Shown here one piece after another: positions 39,998 through 51,096 of a DNA stretch of 64,000 nucleotides. This DNA comes from Felis catus (lineage: Eukaryota): NCBI RefSeq assembly GCF_018350175.1, contig NC_058368.1, positions 89,530,001-89,594,000 on the forward strand, written 5' to 3'. A program made the translations under genes and the position numbers. How positions within the stretch are numbered: the first letter of the stretch is position 1; each line of letters begins with the position of its first letter. The notes under the pieces were generated by a model. It was not told where the DNA came from. It searched no databases and saw only the letters and a list, made by a program, of their open reading frames with translations.

Positions 39998-42900
39998 TTT
40001 TTTTTTTAAAACCTTAATGTGGAATTTTATTTCAGTTACTGTCTTTTATAATTTTATTTTTTTTAAATTTTTTATTAACGTTTATTTATTTATTTATTTT
40101 TTATATGAAATTTATTGACAAATTGGTTTCCATACAACACCCAGTGCTCATCCCAAAAGGTGCCCTCCTCAATACCCATCACCCACCCTCTCCTCCCTCC
40201 CACCCCCCATCAACCCTCAGTTTGTTCTCAGTTTTTAACAGTCCCTTATGCTTTGGCTCTCCCACTCTAACCTCTTTTTTTTTTTTTTCCTTCCCTTCCC
40301 CCATGGGTTCCTGTTAAGTTTCTCAGGATCCACATAAGAGTGAAACCATATGGTATCTGTCTTTCTCTGTATGGCTTATTTCACTTAGCATCACACTCTC
40401 CAGTTCCATCCACGTTGCTACAAAAGGCCATATTTCATTTTTTCTCATTGCCACGTAATATTCCATTGTGTATATAAACCACAATTTCTTTATCCATTCA
40501 TCAGTTGATGGACATTTAGGCTCTTTCCATAATTTGGCTATTGTTGAGAGTGCTGCTATAAACATTGGGGTACAAGTGCCCCTATGCATCAGTACTCCTG
40601 TATCCCTTGGATAAATTCCTAGCAGTGCTATTGCTGGGTCATAGGGTAGGTCTATTTTTAATTTTCTGAGGAACCTCCACACTGCTTTCCAGAGCGGCTG
40701 CACCAATTTGCATTCCCACCAACAGTGCAAGAGGGTTCCCATTTCTCCACATCCTCTCCAGCATCTATAGTCTCCTGATTTGTTCATTTTGGCCACTCTG
40801 ACTGGCGTGAGGTGATACCTGAGTGTGGTTTTGATTTGTATTTCCCTGATAAGGAGCGATGTTTAACATCTATCTTTTCATGTGCCTGTTGGCCATCCGG
40901 ATGTCTTCTTTAGAGAAGTGTCTATTCATGTTTTCTGCCCATTTCTTCACTGGGTTATTTGTTTTTCGGGTGTGGAGTTTGGTGAGCTCTTTATAGATTT
41001 TGGATACTAGCCCTTTGTCCGATATGTCATTTGCAAATATCTTTTCCCATTCCGTTGGTTGCCTTTTAGCTTTGTTGGTTGTTTCCTTTGCTGTGCAGAA
41101 GCTTTTTATCTTCATAAGGTCCCAGTAATTCACTTTTGCTTTTATTTCCCTTGCCTTTGGGGATGTGTCGAGTAAGAGATTGCTACGGCTGAGGTCAGAG
41201 AGGTCTTTTCCTGCTTTCTCCTCTAAGGTTTTGATGGTTTCCTGTCTCACATTCAGGTCCTTTATCCATTTTGAATTTATTTTTGTGAATGGTGTGAGAA
41301 AGTGGTCTAGTTTCAACCTTCTGCATGTTGCTGTCCAGTTCTCCCAGCACCATTTGTTAAAGAGGCTGTCTTTTTTCCATTGGATGTTCTTTCCTGCTTT
41401 GTCAAAGATGAGTTGGCCATACGTTTGTGGGTCTAGTTCTGGGGTTTCTATTCTATTCCATTGGTCTATGTGTCTGTTTTTGTGCCAATACCATGCTGTC
41501 TTGATGATGACAGCTTTGTAGTAAAGGCTAAAGTCTGGGATTGTGATGCCTCCTGCTTTGGTCTTCTTCTTCATAATTACTTTGGCTATTCGGGGCCTTT
41601 TGTGGTTCCATATGAATTTTAGGATGGCTTGTTCTAGTTTCGAGAAGAATGCTGGTGCAATTTTGATTGGGATTGCATTGAATGTGTAGATAGCTTTGGG
41701 TAGTATTGACATTTTGACAATATTTATTTTTCCAATCCATGAGCAGGGAATGTCTTTCCATTTCTTTATATCTTCTTCAATTTTCTCCATAAGCTTTCTA
41801 TAGGTTTCAACATACAGATCTTTTACATCTTTGGTTAGATTTATTCCTAGGTATTTTATGCTTCTTGGTGCAATTGTGAATGGGATCAGTTTCTTTATTT
41901 GTCTTTCTGTTGCTTCATTGTTAGTGTATAAGAATGCAACTGATTTCTGTACATTGATTTTGTATCCTGCAACTTTGCTGAATTCATGTATCAGTTCTAG
42001 CAGACTTTTGGTGGAGTCTATCGGATTTTCCATGTATAGTATCATGTCATCTGCAAAAAGCGAAAGCTTGACTTCATCTTTGCCAATTTTGATGCCTTTG
42101 ATTTCCTTTTGTTTTCTGATTGCTGATGCTAGAACTTCCAGCACTATGTTAAACAACAGCGGTGAGAGTGGGCATCCCTGTTGTGTTCCTGATCTCAGGG
42201 AAAAAGCTCTCAGTTTTTCCCCGTTGAGGATGATGTTAGCTGTGGGCTTTTCATAAATGGCTTTTATGATCTTTAAGTATGTTCCTTCTATCCCGACTTT
42301 CTCAAGGGTTTTTATTAAGAAAAGGTGCTGGATTTTGTCAAAGGCCTTTTCTGCATCGATTGACAGGATCATATGGTTCTTCTCTCTCTCTCTTTTTTTT
42401 TTTTTTGTTAATGTGATGTATCACATTGATTGATTTGCGAATGTTGAACCAGCCCTGCATCCCAGGAATGAATCCCACTTGGTCATGGTGAATAATTCTT
42501 TTTATATGCCGTTGAATTCGATTTGCTAGTATCTTATTGAGAATTTTTGCATCCATATTCATCAGGGATATTGGCCTGTAGTTCTCTTTTGTTACTGGGT
42601 CTCTGTCTGGTTTAGGAATCAAAGTAATATTGGCTTCATAGAATGAGTCTGGAAGTTTTCCTTCCCTTTCTATTTCTTGGAATAGCTTGAGAAGGATAGG
42701 TATTATCTCTGCTTTAAACATCTGGTAGAACTCCCCTGGGAAGCCATCTGGTCCTGGACTCTTATTTGTTGGGAGATATTTGATAACCGATTCAATTTCT
42801 TCGCTGGTTATGGGTCTGCTCAAGCTTTCTATTTCCTCCTGATTGAGTTTTGGAAGAGTGTGGGTGTTTAGGAATTTGTCCATTTCTTCCAGGTTGTCCA

Positions 42901-43465
42901 ATTTGTTGGCATATAATTTTTCATAGTATTCCCTGATAATTGTTTGTATCTCTGAGGGATTGGTTGTAATAATTCCATTTTCATTCATGATTTTATCTAT
43001 TTGGGTCATCTCCCTTTTCTTTTTGAGAAGACTGGCTAGAGGTTGGTCAATTTTGTTTTGTTTTGTTTTGTTTTGTTTTTCAAAAAACCAACTCTTGGTT
43101 TCATTGATCTGCTCTGCAGTTTTTTTAGATTCTATATTGTTTATTTCTGCTCTGATCTTTATTATTTCTCTTCTTCTGCTGGGTTTAGGCTGCCTTTGCT
43201 GTTCTGCTTCTCGTTCCTTTAGGTGTGCTGTTAGATTTTGTATTTGGGATTTTTCTTGTTTCTTGAGATAGGCCTGGATTGCAATGTATTTTCCTCTCAG
43301 GACTGCCTTCGCTGCATCCCAAAGCGTTTGGATTGTTGTATTTTCATTTTCGTTTGTTTCCATATATTTTTAAATTTCTTCTCTAATTGCCTGGTTGACC
43401 CACTCATTCATTACTAGGGTGTTCTTTAACCTCCATGCTTTTGGAGGTTTTCCAGACTTTTTCCT
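39998..43465 (-). mobile_element. Young 5'-truncated feline L1 (L1_Fc-like) with ORF2 broken by only two frameshifts
   Basis: ORFs 42338-43363 (341 aa), 40870-42372 (500 aa, LSLFADDM) and 40323-40796 ([18 protein letters not shown] zinc knuckle); G-rich 3'UTR, AATAAA at 40111-40116 and A-rich tail. Confidence 0.95.
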
Positions 43466-43535
43466 ATCAATTTTATTTTAATTTTTTTTTTCAAAGAATC
43501 AGCTCTTAGTTTTATTGATCTGTTCTACTGTGGGT

Positions 43536-43566
<31 letters not shown>

Positions 43567-45004
43567 GTTTTGCTTCTATTTCATTTCTTTCTGCTCTAAT
43601 ATTTATTATTTCCCTTCTTCTGCTGGGCTTAGGCTTTATTTTCTGGTCCTTTTGTAGCTCTTTTAGATGTAAGGTTGGAATGTGTATTTGGGGCCTTTCT
43701 TGCCTCTTGAGATAGGCCTGAATTGCAATATACTTTCCTCTTAGATCTGTCTTTGCAGCATCCCACAGAGTTTGGACTGCCGTGTTTTCATTTTTATTTG
43801 CTTCCATGTGTTTTGTTGTTGTTGTTGTTTATTTAATTCTCTAGCTAACCCATTCATTCTTTAGTAGGATGCTCTTTAACCATGTATTTAAGGGCTTTCC
43901 AAGTTTTTTCTTATGGTTAACATCAAGTTTCATAGCATTGTGAACTGAAAATATGCATGGTATGATTTCCACATTTTTATACTTTTTGAGGGCTGATTTG
44001 TGACCCAGTATGTGATCTATTCTGGAGAATGTTCCATATGCACTCAAGAAGAATGTGTATTCTGCTGCTTTAGGATGAAACAGTCCATCTAGTCCACTGT
44101 GACTTTCAAAGCCATTGTTTCCTTGTTGATTTTCTGCTTAGACAATCTGTTTATTGCTGTAAGTGGGGTGTTAAAGTCCCCTACTATTATTGTATTATTA
44201 TCAATGAGGTTTTTTAGTTTGTTACTAATTGTTTCATATATTTGGGTGTTTCAAATGGGGGGGCATATATTTACAATTGTTAGATCCTCTTGATGGATAG
44301 ACCCCTTAATTATGATATAATGCCCGTCTTCATCTCCTGTTAGTCTTTGCTTTACTTTATTAGTAGTATTTTTAGAGAGAGTGAGCACATGCAGGGGAGA
44401 GAGGCAGAGGGAAAGAGAGAGAATCCTAAGCAGGCTCCATGCTCAGTGCAGAATTTGAGCCTTGATCCCAGGACCCCAGAATCATGACCTGAGCCGAAAC
44501 CAAGAGTGGGACACTTACCCGACTGAGCCCCCCAGAGTCCTCTACAGTCTTTGTTATAAAAATCTAGTTTGTCTAAGGGGTGCCTGGTTGGCTCAATCAG
44601 GTAAGTGTCTGACTCTTGATCTCGGCTCAGGTCATGGTCTCATGTTTGTGAATTTGAACCCTATGTTAGGCTCTGCACAGTGAGGAGACTGCTTGGGATT
44701 CTCTTTCTCCCTCTGTCTCTGCCCCTCTCCTGCTTGCTGTCTCTCTCTCTCTCCCTCAAAATAAATAAACTTAAAAAAATAAAAGTTTAGTTTGTCTGAT
44801 ATAAGTATGGTTACCCTAGCTTTCTTTTGATGTCCACTAGCATGATAGATGGTTCTCCATTTCCTCACTTTAAATCTGTAGGCGTCTCTAGATCTAAAAT
44901 GAGTCTCTTGTAGGCAGCATATAGACAGATCTTGGTTTTCTTATCCATTCTGATATCCTATTTCTTTTTTGTTTTGTTTTGTTTTAATATATATATTTAT
45001 TTTT

Positions 45005-45036
<32 letters not shown>

Positions 45037-47160
45037 ATGAGAGGAGAAGAGAGAGAGGAAGACACAGATTCCAAAGCAGGCTCCCGGCTCTGAACTGTCA
45101 ACACAGAGCCAGATGCAGGGCCCAAACCCACAAACCATAGATCATGACCTGAGCCAAAGTTGGATGCTTAACCAACTGAGCCACCCAGGCATCCCTGATA
45201 CCCTATTTCCTTTGATTGGAACACTTAGTCTATTTACATTAAGAGAGACTTTTTTTCAAGCCCAACTAGTAGTGTTATGACTGTTGCTCTAAATTCTAGT
45301 TCATATATATTGCTTATATCTGTTTTGAGCAAGTCTCTGACTGTGATTTCTTCTTGACCTTTCTTTTGGGAAAAATTCCTCAATCTTGTCATTTGGGTGA
45401 AGTTTCTATCTTTTGCATGCTTTGAAAGCTTGTTATGTTTCCTGCATCTGAGATAATGCTATATTAAGAAAGGGTCATACACTGTCCAGGACCTGGGACT
45501 CCAGGACGTGTTCTGCTATATGTTGTGTGCACAGTGCTTTTGTATTTTGGCTGTTCTTTCCCACTGGTCAGTCCTCTGAAGAGCTCCTCCTTGCTTGCAG
45601 TGGGCAATGTTTGGACCTTTAACTAGGTGTGCTTTTATTTATTTATTTATTTATTTTGTTAAAATAAGCCTGGGGAAAAAAAGAGGGGAGAAAAAACCTG
45701 ATTCAAGAGAGAGAGAGAGAAGGAAAAAGAACAACAACAACAAAAAAGGAATCAAAAAACTTTAAGCCTGATTCCAAAGAAAAAGGGGGGGGGTGGGGAG
45801 AAAGAAAAAGGAAAAAAAAAGTCTGATCAAAAAGAAAAAAATAGAAAGAAAAAAAGAAATGAAAAAGCAGATAACTAACAAAAAACTATAAGCCTGATTC
45901 TAAAGGAAACAAAAGAAGAGGGGGTAAGCCTAGTCCTAATTCCACCAGAACTTCAGGTAATACTTTGAAGCACTCTATTTTCAGTACACTTGGTGCATGC
46001 AGGGTGTGGCCTGTACTGGTCTTCTGGATGAAAGGCCTTCTACACTGGCTCAGAGTCAGTCCTGCCCCCATAAATAAGTAGTTGCAGACATAGGGGAGCT
46101 GGATTCAATGTAAGTGGATCCTGCCTTCACTCATGGCTGCTATGTTGCTCTCTGAATTCCCATTGTGTTGGTGTTGAGGGGGAAATTGGAGACACCCCAC
46201 TCTTTTGTTCCAGGACAGGGGACTTCACAACTTCTCCCTGCCTCCCCCTCCCTGCCCCCCCCCCCCCCCCCGTTCATAAATCCCTCACAGAATAGCAATG
46301 GCAGGCAGCATCCACTGCACCACAGCTCACCTGAGTCTTTCTTTGGCGAGAGGCTGGGATTCAAAACACAAAATTGTAAAGGACCAAGCGCCATGCAGAC
46401 CTGCTCCCCTTGTCAAGAGTAGAGCCACTCTGCACCTTGTCTGATGTCCTTTATCCCAGAAAAACATTTCCACACCTTTGCCTTGCTCAGAATCCATGGT
46501 GTATCACTGCTAATAGCAGCAGCAACCAGGTTATCTGCCCTCTCTGGGCACCTCTGTCCCCTGCTTATGAAAGGCCTTTTGCTGGTGCCTAAAGGGTCTT
46601 TCGTCCTTGAAGATGCAATATACTCTCTTCCAAAAGTACTCCAGGAAGGGGAATGTTCTCCCCCAGAGTTCTCAGGAGATTCCTACACTGTACTATGCAC
46701 TCTGGGGCCCGCTCCCTCCTCTCCAGGAGCTCCTGCCACAGCTCCATATCAGAGAAAGTCATGCCCTTCCAAATCCTCAGAATTTGAGCTCTACGTGCTC
46801 TTTGCAAAAAACAAACAAACAAACAAAACAAAAAACAAAAAACCTGCAATGCTCAGTACCTCTCACTCCATATTCCATGGTCCCAAGAGGTTTTCCACTT
46901 ATGCAAAGTTAACACTGCACTCTCTGCACCTTTCTCTCTTTCTCTCCCTTTTGCCTCTCTACAGAAAGGGCTCCCTCTCCTCTCCCAATTCACTTGCACA
47001 CACCTCACACCTGCCACACTGTCTCCCTCTAACCATGGAGACCCTTCTGCCAGTGTGCAGATGGGTTTCCTGGGTGTTCCAAGTGATCTGACCTAAACAC
47101 AGCTGTGTTTGAGGGATGAGGAAAGCCCAGAGTTCCCCTACTTCACCATCTTAAATCCTT
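43466..47160 (-). mobile_element. Antisense LINE-1 with 5' end, most of ORF1 deleted (junction about 45247), 3'-truncated; contains three CanSINEs (44355-44540 -, 44577-44780 +, 44965-45195 -)
   Basis: 5' start aaggatttaagatggtgaagtagggg (minus strand); endonuclease fragments FSRIDHILGHK and WRTIYHASGHQKKA; SINE TSDs tagtttgtct and ctgata(t/c)cctatttc. Confidence 0.88.
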
Positions 47161-47303
47161 TGTTTCAGAATGTTTTATATTTTCAGTGTACAGATTGTTC
47201 ACCAGCTTGGCTTATTCCAAAGTATTTTATTCTTTTGGTACTATTGTAAAGGTTTTTTTAAATTTACTTTCTGGATTTTTTTAGATCCAGAGTCTATGAC
47301 AGA

Positions 47304-47321
47304 TGGTGACCCCGACGTGAT
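47304..47321 (+). other. Primer-binding site complementary to tRNA-Trp
   Basis: TGGTGACCCCGACGTGAT is the exact reverse complement of the recalled 3' 18 nt of vertebrate tRNA-Trp(CCA) and lies 2 nt after the LTR-terminal CA. Confidence 0.92.
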
Positions 47322-47521
47322 AGAGGAAAGGGGACTATGGGCTGAAATGGGCAAGGAGCCCACGTGGCCAGATGGTGCCACTGAAGGACTGCAGGACACC
47401 GGGGAACGGTTAAGGAGCTCCAAGAAAAAAATGCGCTGGGTACAGTCTCTACCTGACAAGGTAAGGGATAAAGTGAAACTATATTAGGATTCACTGCTGC
47501 AGAACTTTTGAGAGATCTATC

Positions 47522-48460
47522 ATGGGAAACTCCCTAGCCTCTGAACAAAAGTGCTATATTCAAATTCTTCAGTCCCTGGGAGACAGCAAGGACTAGTCTA
47601 AATTATAAGGCTCTCCTTAGATTATTGGCTGTCCAGCAAAATTGCCCTTGGTTCCCTTAAAGTGTGAGAATGAGCAGGAAAAACAGTAAAGGCCAGGCAT
47701 TCTAAAGGGGCTAACGTCCCCTCTAAAGTAATCCTCACCCGGTCCATTATCCGCACCACCCTTCCCTGCTTGAGCTCAGACTGTGTATATGAAGACCTAG
47801 AGTTATTTAAAAAGGAGGAAAAACCTCTTTCCCCCTATAGTCAGACTGAACTGACTGGTCTAGAGCCTCTGGCTCCTTTACAGCCAGAAGATACTCCTCC
47901 TCCCCCAGAAGGGTGGGACGATATGGAGCCTCTGAAAACCTCACCGACCAGCTCTGATAAAGTCCTCACCCCACTGCAAAAGTACATTTAAAAAGCCCAC
48001 AAGGCTGGTAAATTCCAGCTGTTTCCCATTGTCAGGCAAAATGGGCAATGTGGCCGTGAAGGGCTGGTCTTTCCAATTGTAAAAGAATTGCAAAAATCCG
48101 TTCACCTGTATGTCCATCACAGCCCTTTTACAATCGGTATTTTAGAAAATATTTGTGGCATTCATTCCATGTATGCCTGGGACTGGGGCTCTCTTATGAG
48201 CATCATTCGGACCCCAGCCCAGTATGCTGTCTGTGCTCAAGAGTTTAATGATGCTTGCATGACTCCTGCTTTGCAGAACTTTGTCACTGCTATTCAGGTG
48301 TCTTTTAAACAACTGTCTGACAAGGGGCAGTATCCCCAAACAAGGCAGTGAGCCCAACTTCCAATCACTGTCAAGTAAAACAATGCACTGAAATAGTGCA
48401 GTGGATTTTACACAGGCCATCCCTAATATAGGGGATTCTAACACTCTCTATCTTACTGTT
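47522..48460 (+). pseudogene. gag: ERV gag remnant (matrix to N-terminal capsid)
   Basis: MGNSLASEQKCYIQILQSL...VQQNCPWFP (beta-type matrix); FQLFPIV...KELQKSVHLYVHHSPFTIGILE...WDWGSL...PAQY (beta-type capsid). Stops and frameshifts; ends before the major homology region. Confidence 0.85.
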
Positions 48461-49429
48461 TCTATACACTCTTATTACTCTAACTATATGTGAGGGCTTC
48501 TCCCTCATTCATTCCCTGGATTAATAACCATGATAAGCCGACTGTCTCTGGCTAGTCTACCTCAGGATAGACATTTTAAGGAATATTCCCAAGCAGCTGC
48601 CGAAACTCCGTTTGTTTCAGGGAACTTCCCTGTCTTCTCTGGCCCAACATGGACTGCCTAATTCCACTAGTGGAAAACCAAACCAAACCAAACCAAAACA
48701 AAACAAAACAAGAATCAGTATCTGCTCATCTATCTGAGGTGATAGGCTTTAGGACTATGTGAACTCTTTTCTCTGCCCTCGGTGCCTCAGTCTGCCTTCT
48801 GGCCTCTCGGCAGCACTTCACCTTTTCTGCCTTCCCTTCCCCTTCCTCCTGTTTCTGCACTGCCTGGGGTGTGGCCTGCAAATCTGGCTCTTCAATGCCT
48901 CAGACAACATGCTGCTCCTTGCTCCCCACTCTGTCAAAAGGCAAAAAACACCCCCTTAAACTTTAAATTTCCTCACTGGTTCCATGGGGGAAAAAATTAA
49001 CAATGGTAAACTTTCAAGGGGGCGCAGATAAAATATTAAGACAGGCATGTCTTTTAAATTATAGAACTTTATTCTATTAAGGTTGACTAAAGGTCAAATA
49101 AGCTCACTTTATCTCTGTTCCAATTTGTTAGCAAAAGGATGACTTAAAGTAATGGTTAACTTTGCCTCATAGTTTTCATGGATAATTGTTAAGACAGATT
49201 TCAGGGTCTTTGGTAACCTAAAACTTTAACGTTTTGCTTAAATGGTAAATTGAATTAAGTTCTTTGGACATTTAGGCTTCTTTCAAATCAAATGGAATGC
49301 TGAAGCATTGCTTACTAAATAGGTTTATGCTTCTGACTTCTTATAATAAATAAATGAATAAATAAATAAACTGAGAATATTTAAATCCATGCTTTATGCT
49401 TAATGGATTCATAAGTCTACCACCTAAAA

Positions 49430-49870
49430 AATATTTTTTTTAATTTTTAAAAAAAAATTTTTAACATTTATTTATTTTTGAGAGACAGAGAGAACTAACA
49501 GGGGAGAGACAGAGAGAGACAGAGACACAAAATCTGAAGCAGGCTCCAGGCTCTAACCTGTCAGCACAGAGCCTGACATGGGGCTTGAACCCAAGAACCA
49601 TGAGATCATGACCTGAGCTGAAGTCAGTTGCTTAACTGACTGAGCCACACAGGTGCCCCCAATTTTTTTTAAGGTTTACTTATTTTTGAGAGAGAGAGAC
49701 AGAATGTGATCAGGAAGGGGCAGAGAGAGAGGGAGACACAGAATCCATAGCAGGCTCTAGGCTCCAAGTTGTCAGCACAGAGCCTGATGTGGTGCTTGAA
49801 CTCACGAACTGTGAGATCATGACGAGCTGAAGTCTGACCCTTAACTGACTGAGCCACCCAGGTGCCCCCC
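49430..49870 (-). mobile_element. Two adjacent CanSINEs (49430-49660, 49661-49870) inside the ERV
   Basis: Two reverse SINE units, each ending ...ggtgccccc. Confidence 0.9.
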
Positions 49871-50739
49871 AAAAATTTTTCTCATGTAACAAATAATTCA
49901 CAATTGGTCACTACTTAGGTTTTCACTGGAGACTAAAGTTTCTAAGAGTTAAAATTCTGCTAAGTGTAGTTAAAACTGGGGCAAAAATAACAAAAGCAAC
50001 TCTGTTATGTGGAAAAGTAGAAGATACAAAAGAAAGATATAAGAAATGGAAATATATTTTTGTTAAAGGTAAAATAAAGTAATTTTGTCTTAAATGAGAC
50101 TGGCTATTTTGAGAAAAATGGGTTGGGACAAAATCTAAGTGCAAAGAAAAGTTATAAAAGGTTCATGAGGGAAAATCTTTAAAAAGGAATTTTATGTGTG
50201 GTCAGGATGGACTAAGGTTAAAATAAATGGTTTTTAAAAGTACACAGGGTTAAAATAAAGATTCCTCCTCCTTTGATCCAAAGGCTGGGAAAATGATAAC
50301 AATACTCTTCATGCCAGCCTCCAAATCCTCCACATTTGCGTTGTTCCTGTTTGGCAAAGGAATGGATGCCATATAAGGGATGGATAATATATGAAGGGCT
50401 TTTACTAAGATACAAGGGAGCCATTTTACTAAACTTATCCCATTGTATGCCATAAATGGGTATCCATGTGACTGACACATACTTACATGGGTATTACTAA
50501 AAAAGACAGGAAAATAGACCTTAACTTTGGCTCTTTAGCCCCCTCCCTCAATGGCCAATGATCAATATGTAAGTTACTGCTGAGCAAAAATAAAATTAGT
50601 ACATCCTACAACAACCACACACACAAAAAATACATTATTGTTAATGGTGATAAATAAGCAAATAAATAATTTTAACAAAAAGGGTAAAACAACAGGACAA
50701 CACACCCTTTCAAGTTGTTTTACTTAAGCCTTGGTTAGA

Positions 50740-51095
50740 ATTAACCATTCCTTATAATCCACCAGGCCAAACAGTTGTAAAATGAGCACATGATGTGCTC
50801 AAAAACATGTTAAAAAACAAAAAGTGGGAGATACCCCTGGTTGTCTGCATTACAACCTCAGCTCCTTCTTGATCTTGCTAGGATTACTCTTAACTTTTTA
50901 AATCTCAATACTCAAGGACTAACTGCAGCTGAGTGACATTCTTCAAAATAAAATAAACCCTCTCACCCTATGGTGCCATGCAAAACCCCTGAAGGGGGGC
51001 CCTAATGGACTGGGCCCACAAACTTCTCATCTAGGGTCAAAGATATGATTCTGTTCTTTCAGATTCTGGACTTCTCTTGTTTGGTGAAGCCTTAC
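50740..51095 (+). pseudogene. pol: ERV integrase C-terminal remnant
   Basis: IPYNP..GQTVVK*AHDVLKNMLK..QK and LARITLNFLNLNTQGLTAAE*H resemble beta-type GIPYNPQGQAIVER and TLNFLN...TAAERH. Confidence 0.82.
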
Positions 51096-51096
51096 C

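Noticed and set aside
40870..42372. 500-aa reverse transcriptase as a host gene or active L1
   Set aside because: Part of a 5'-truncated, frameshifted L1 ORF2 with no promoter, ORF1 or endonuclease N-terminus.
46444..47091. 215-aa ORF antisense in an L1 5'UTR (ORF0-like)
   Set aside because: No recognisable domain, crosses a microsatellite, and is not visibly conserved in the other L1 5'UTRs here; probably a chance ORF.
47304..47321. tRNA-Trp gene or pseudogene
   Set aside because: Only the 3' 18 nt including CCA are matched, in PBS position after an LTR end.
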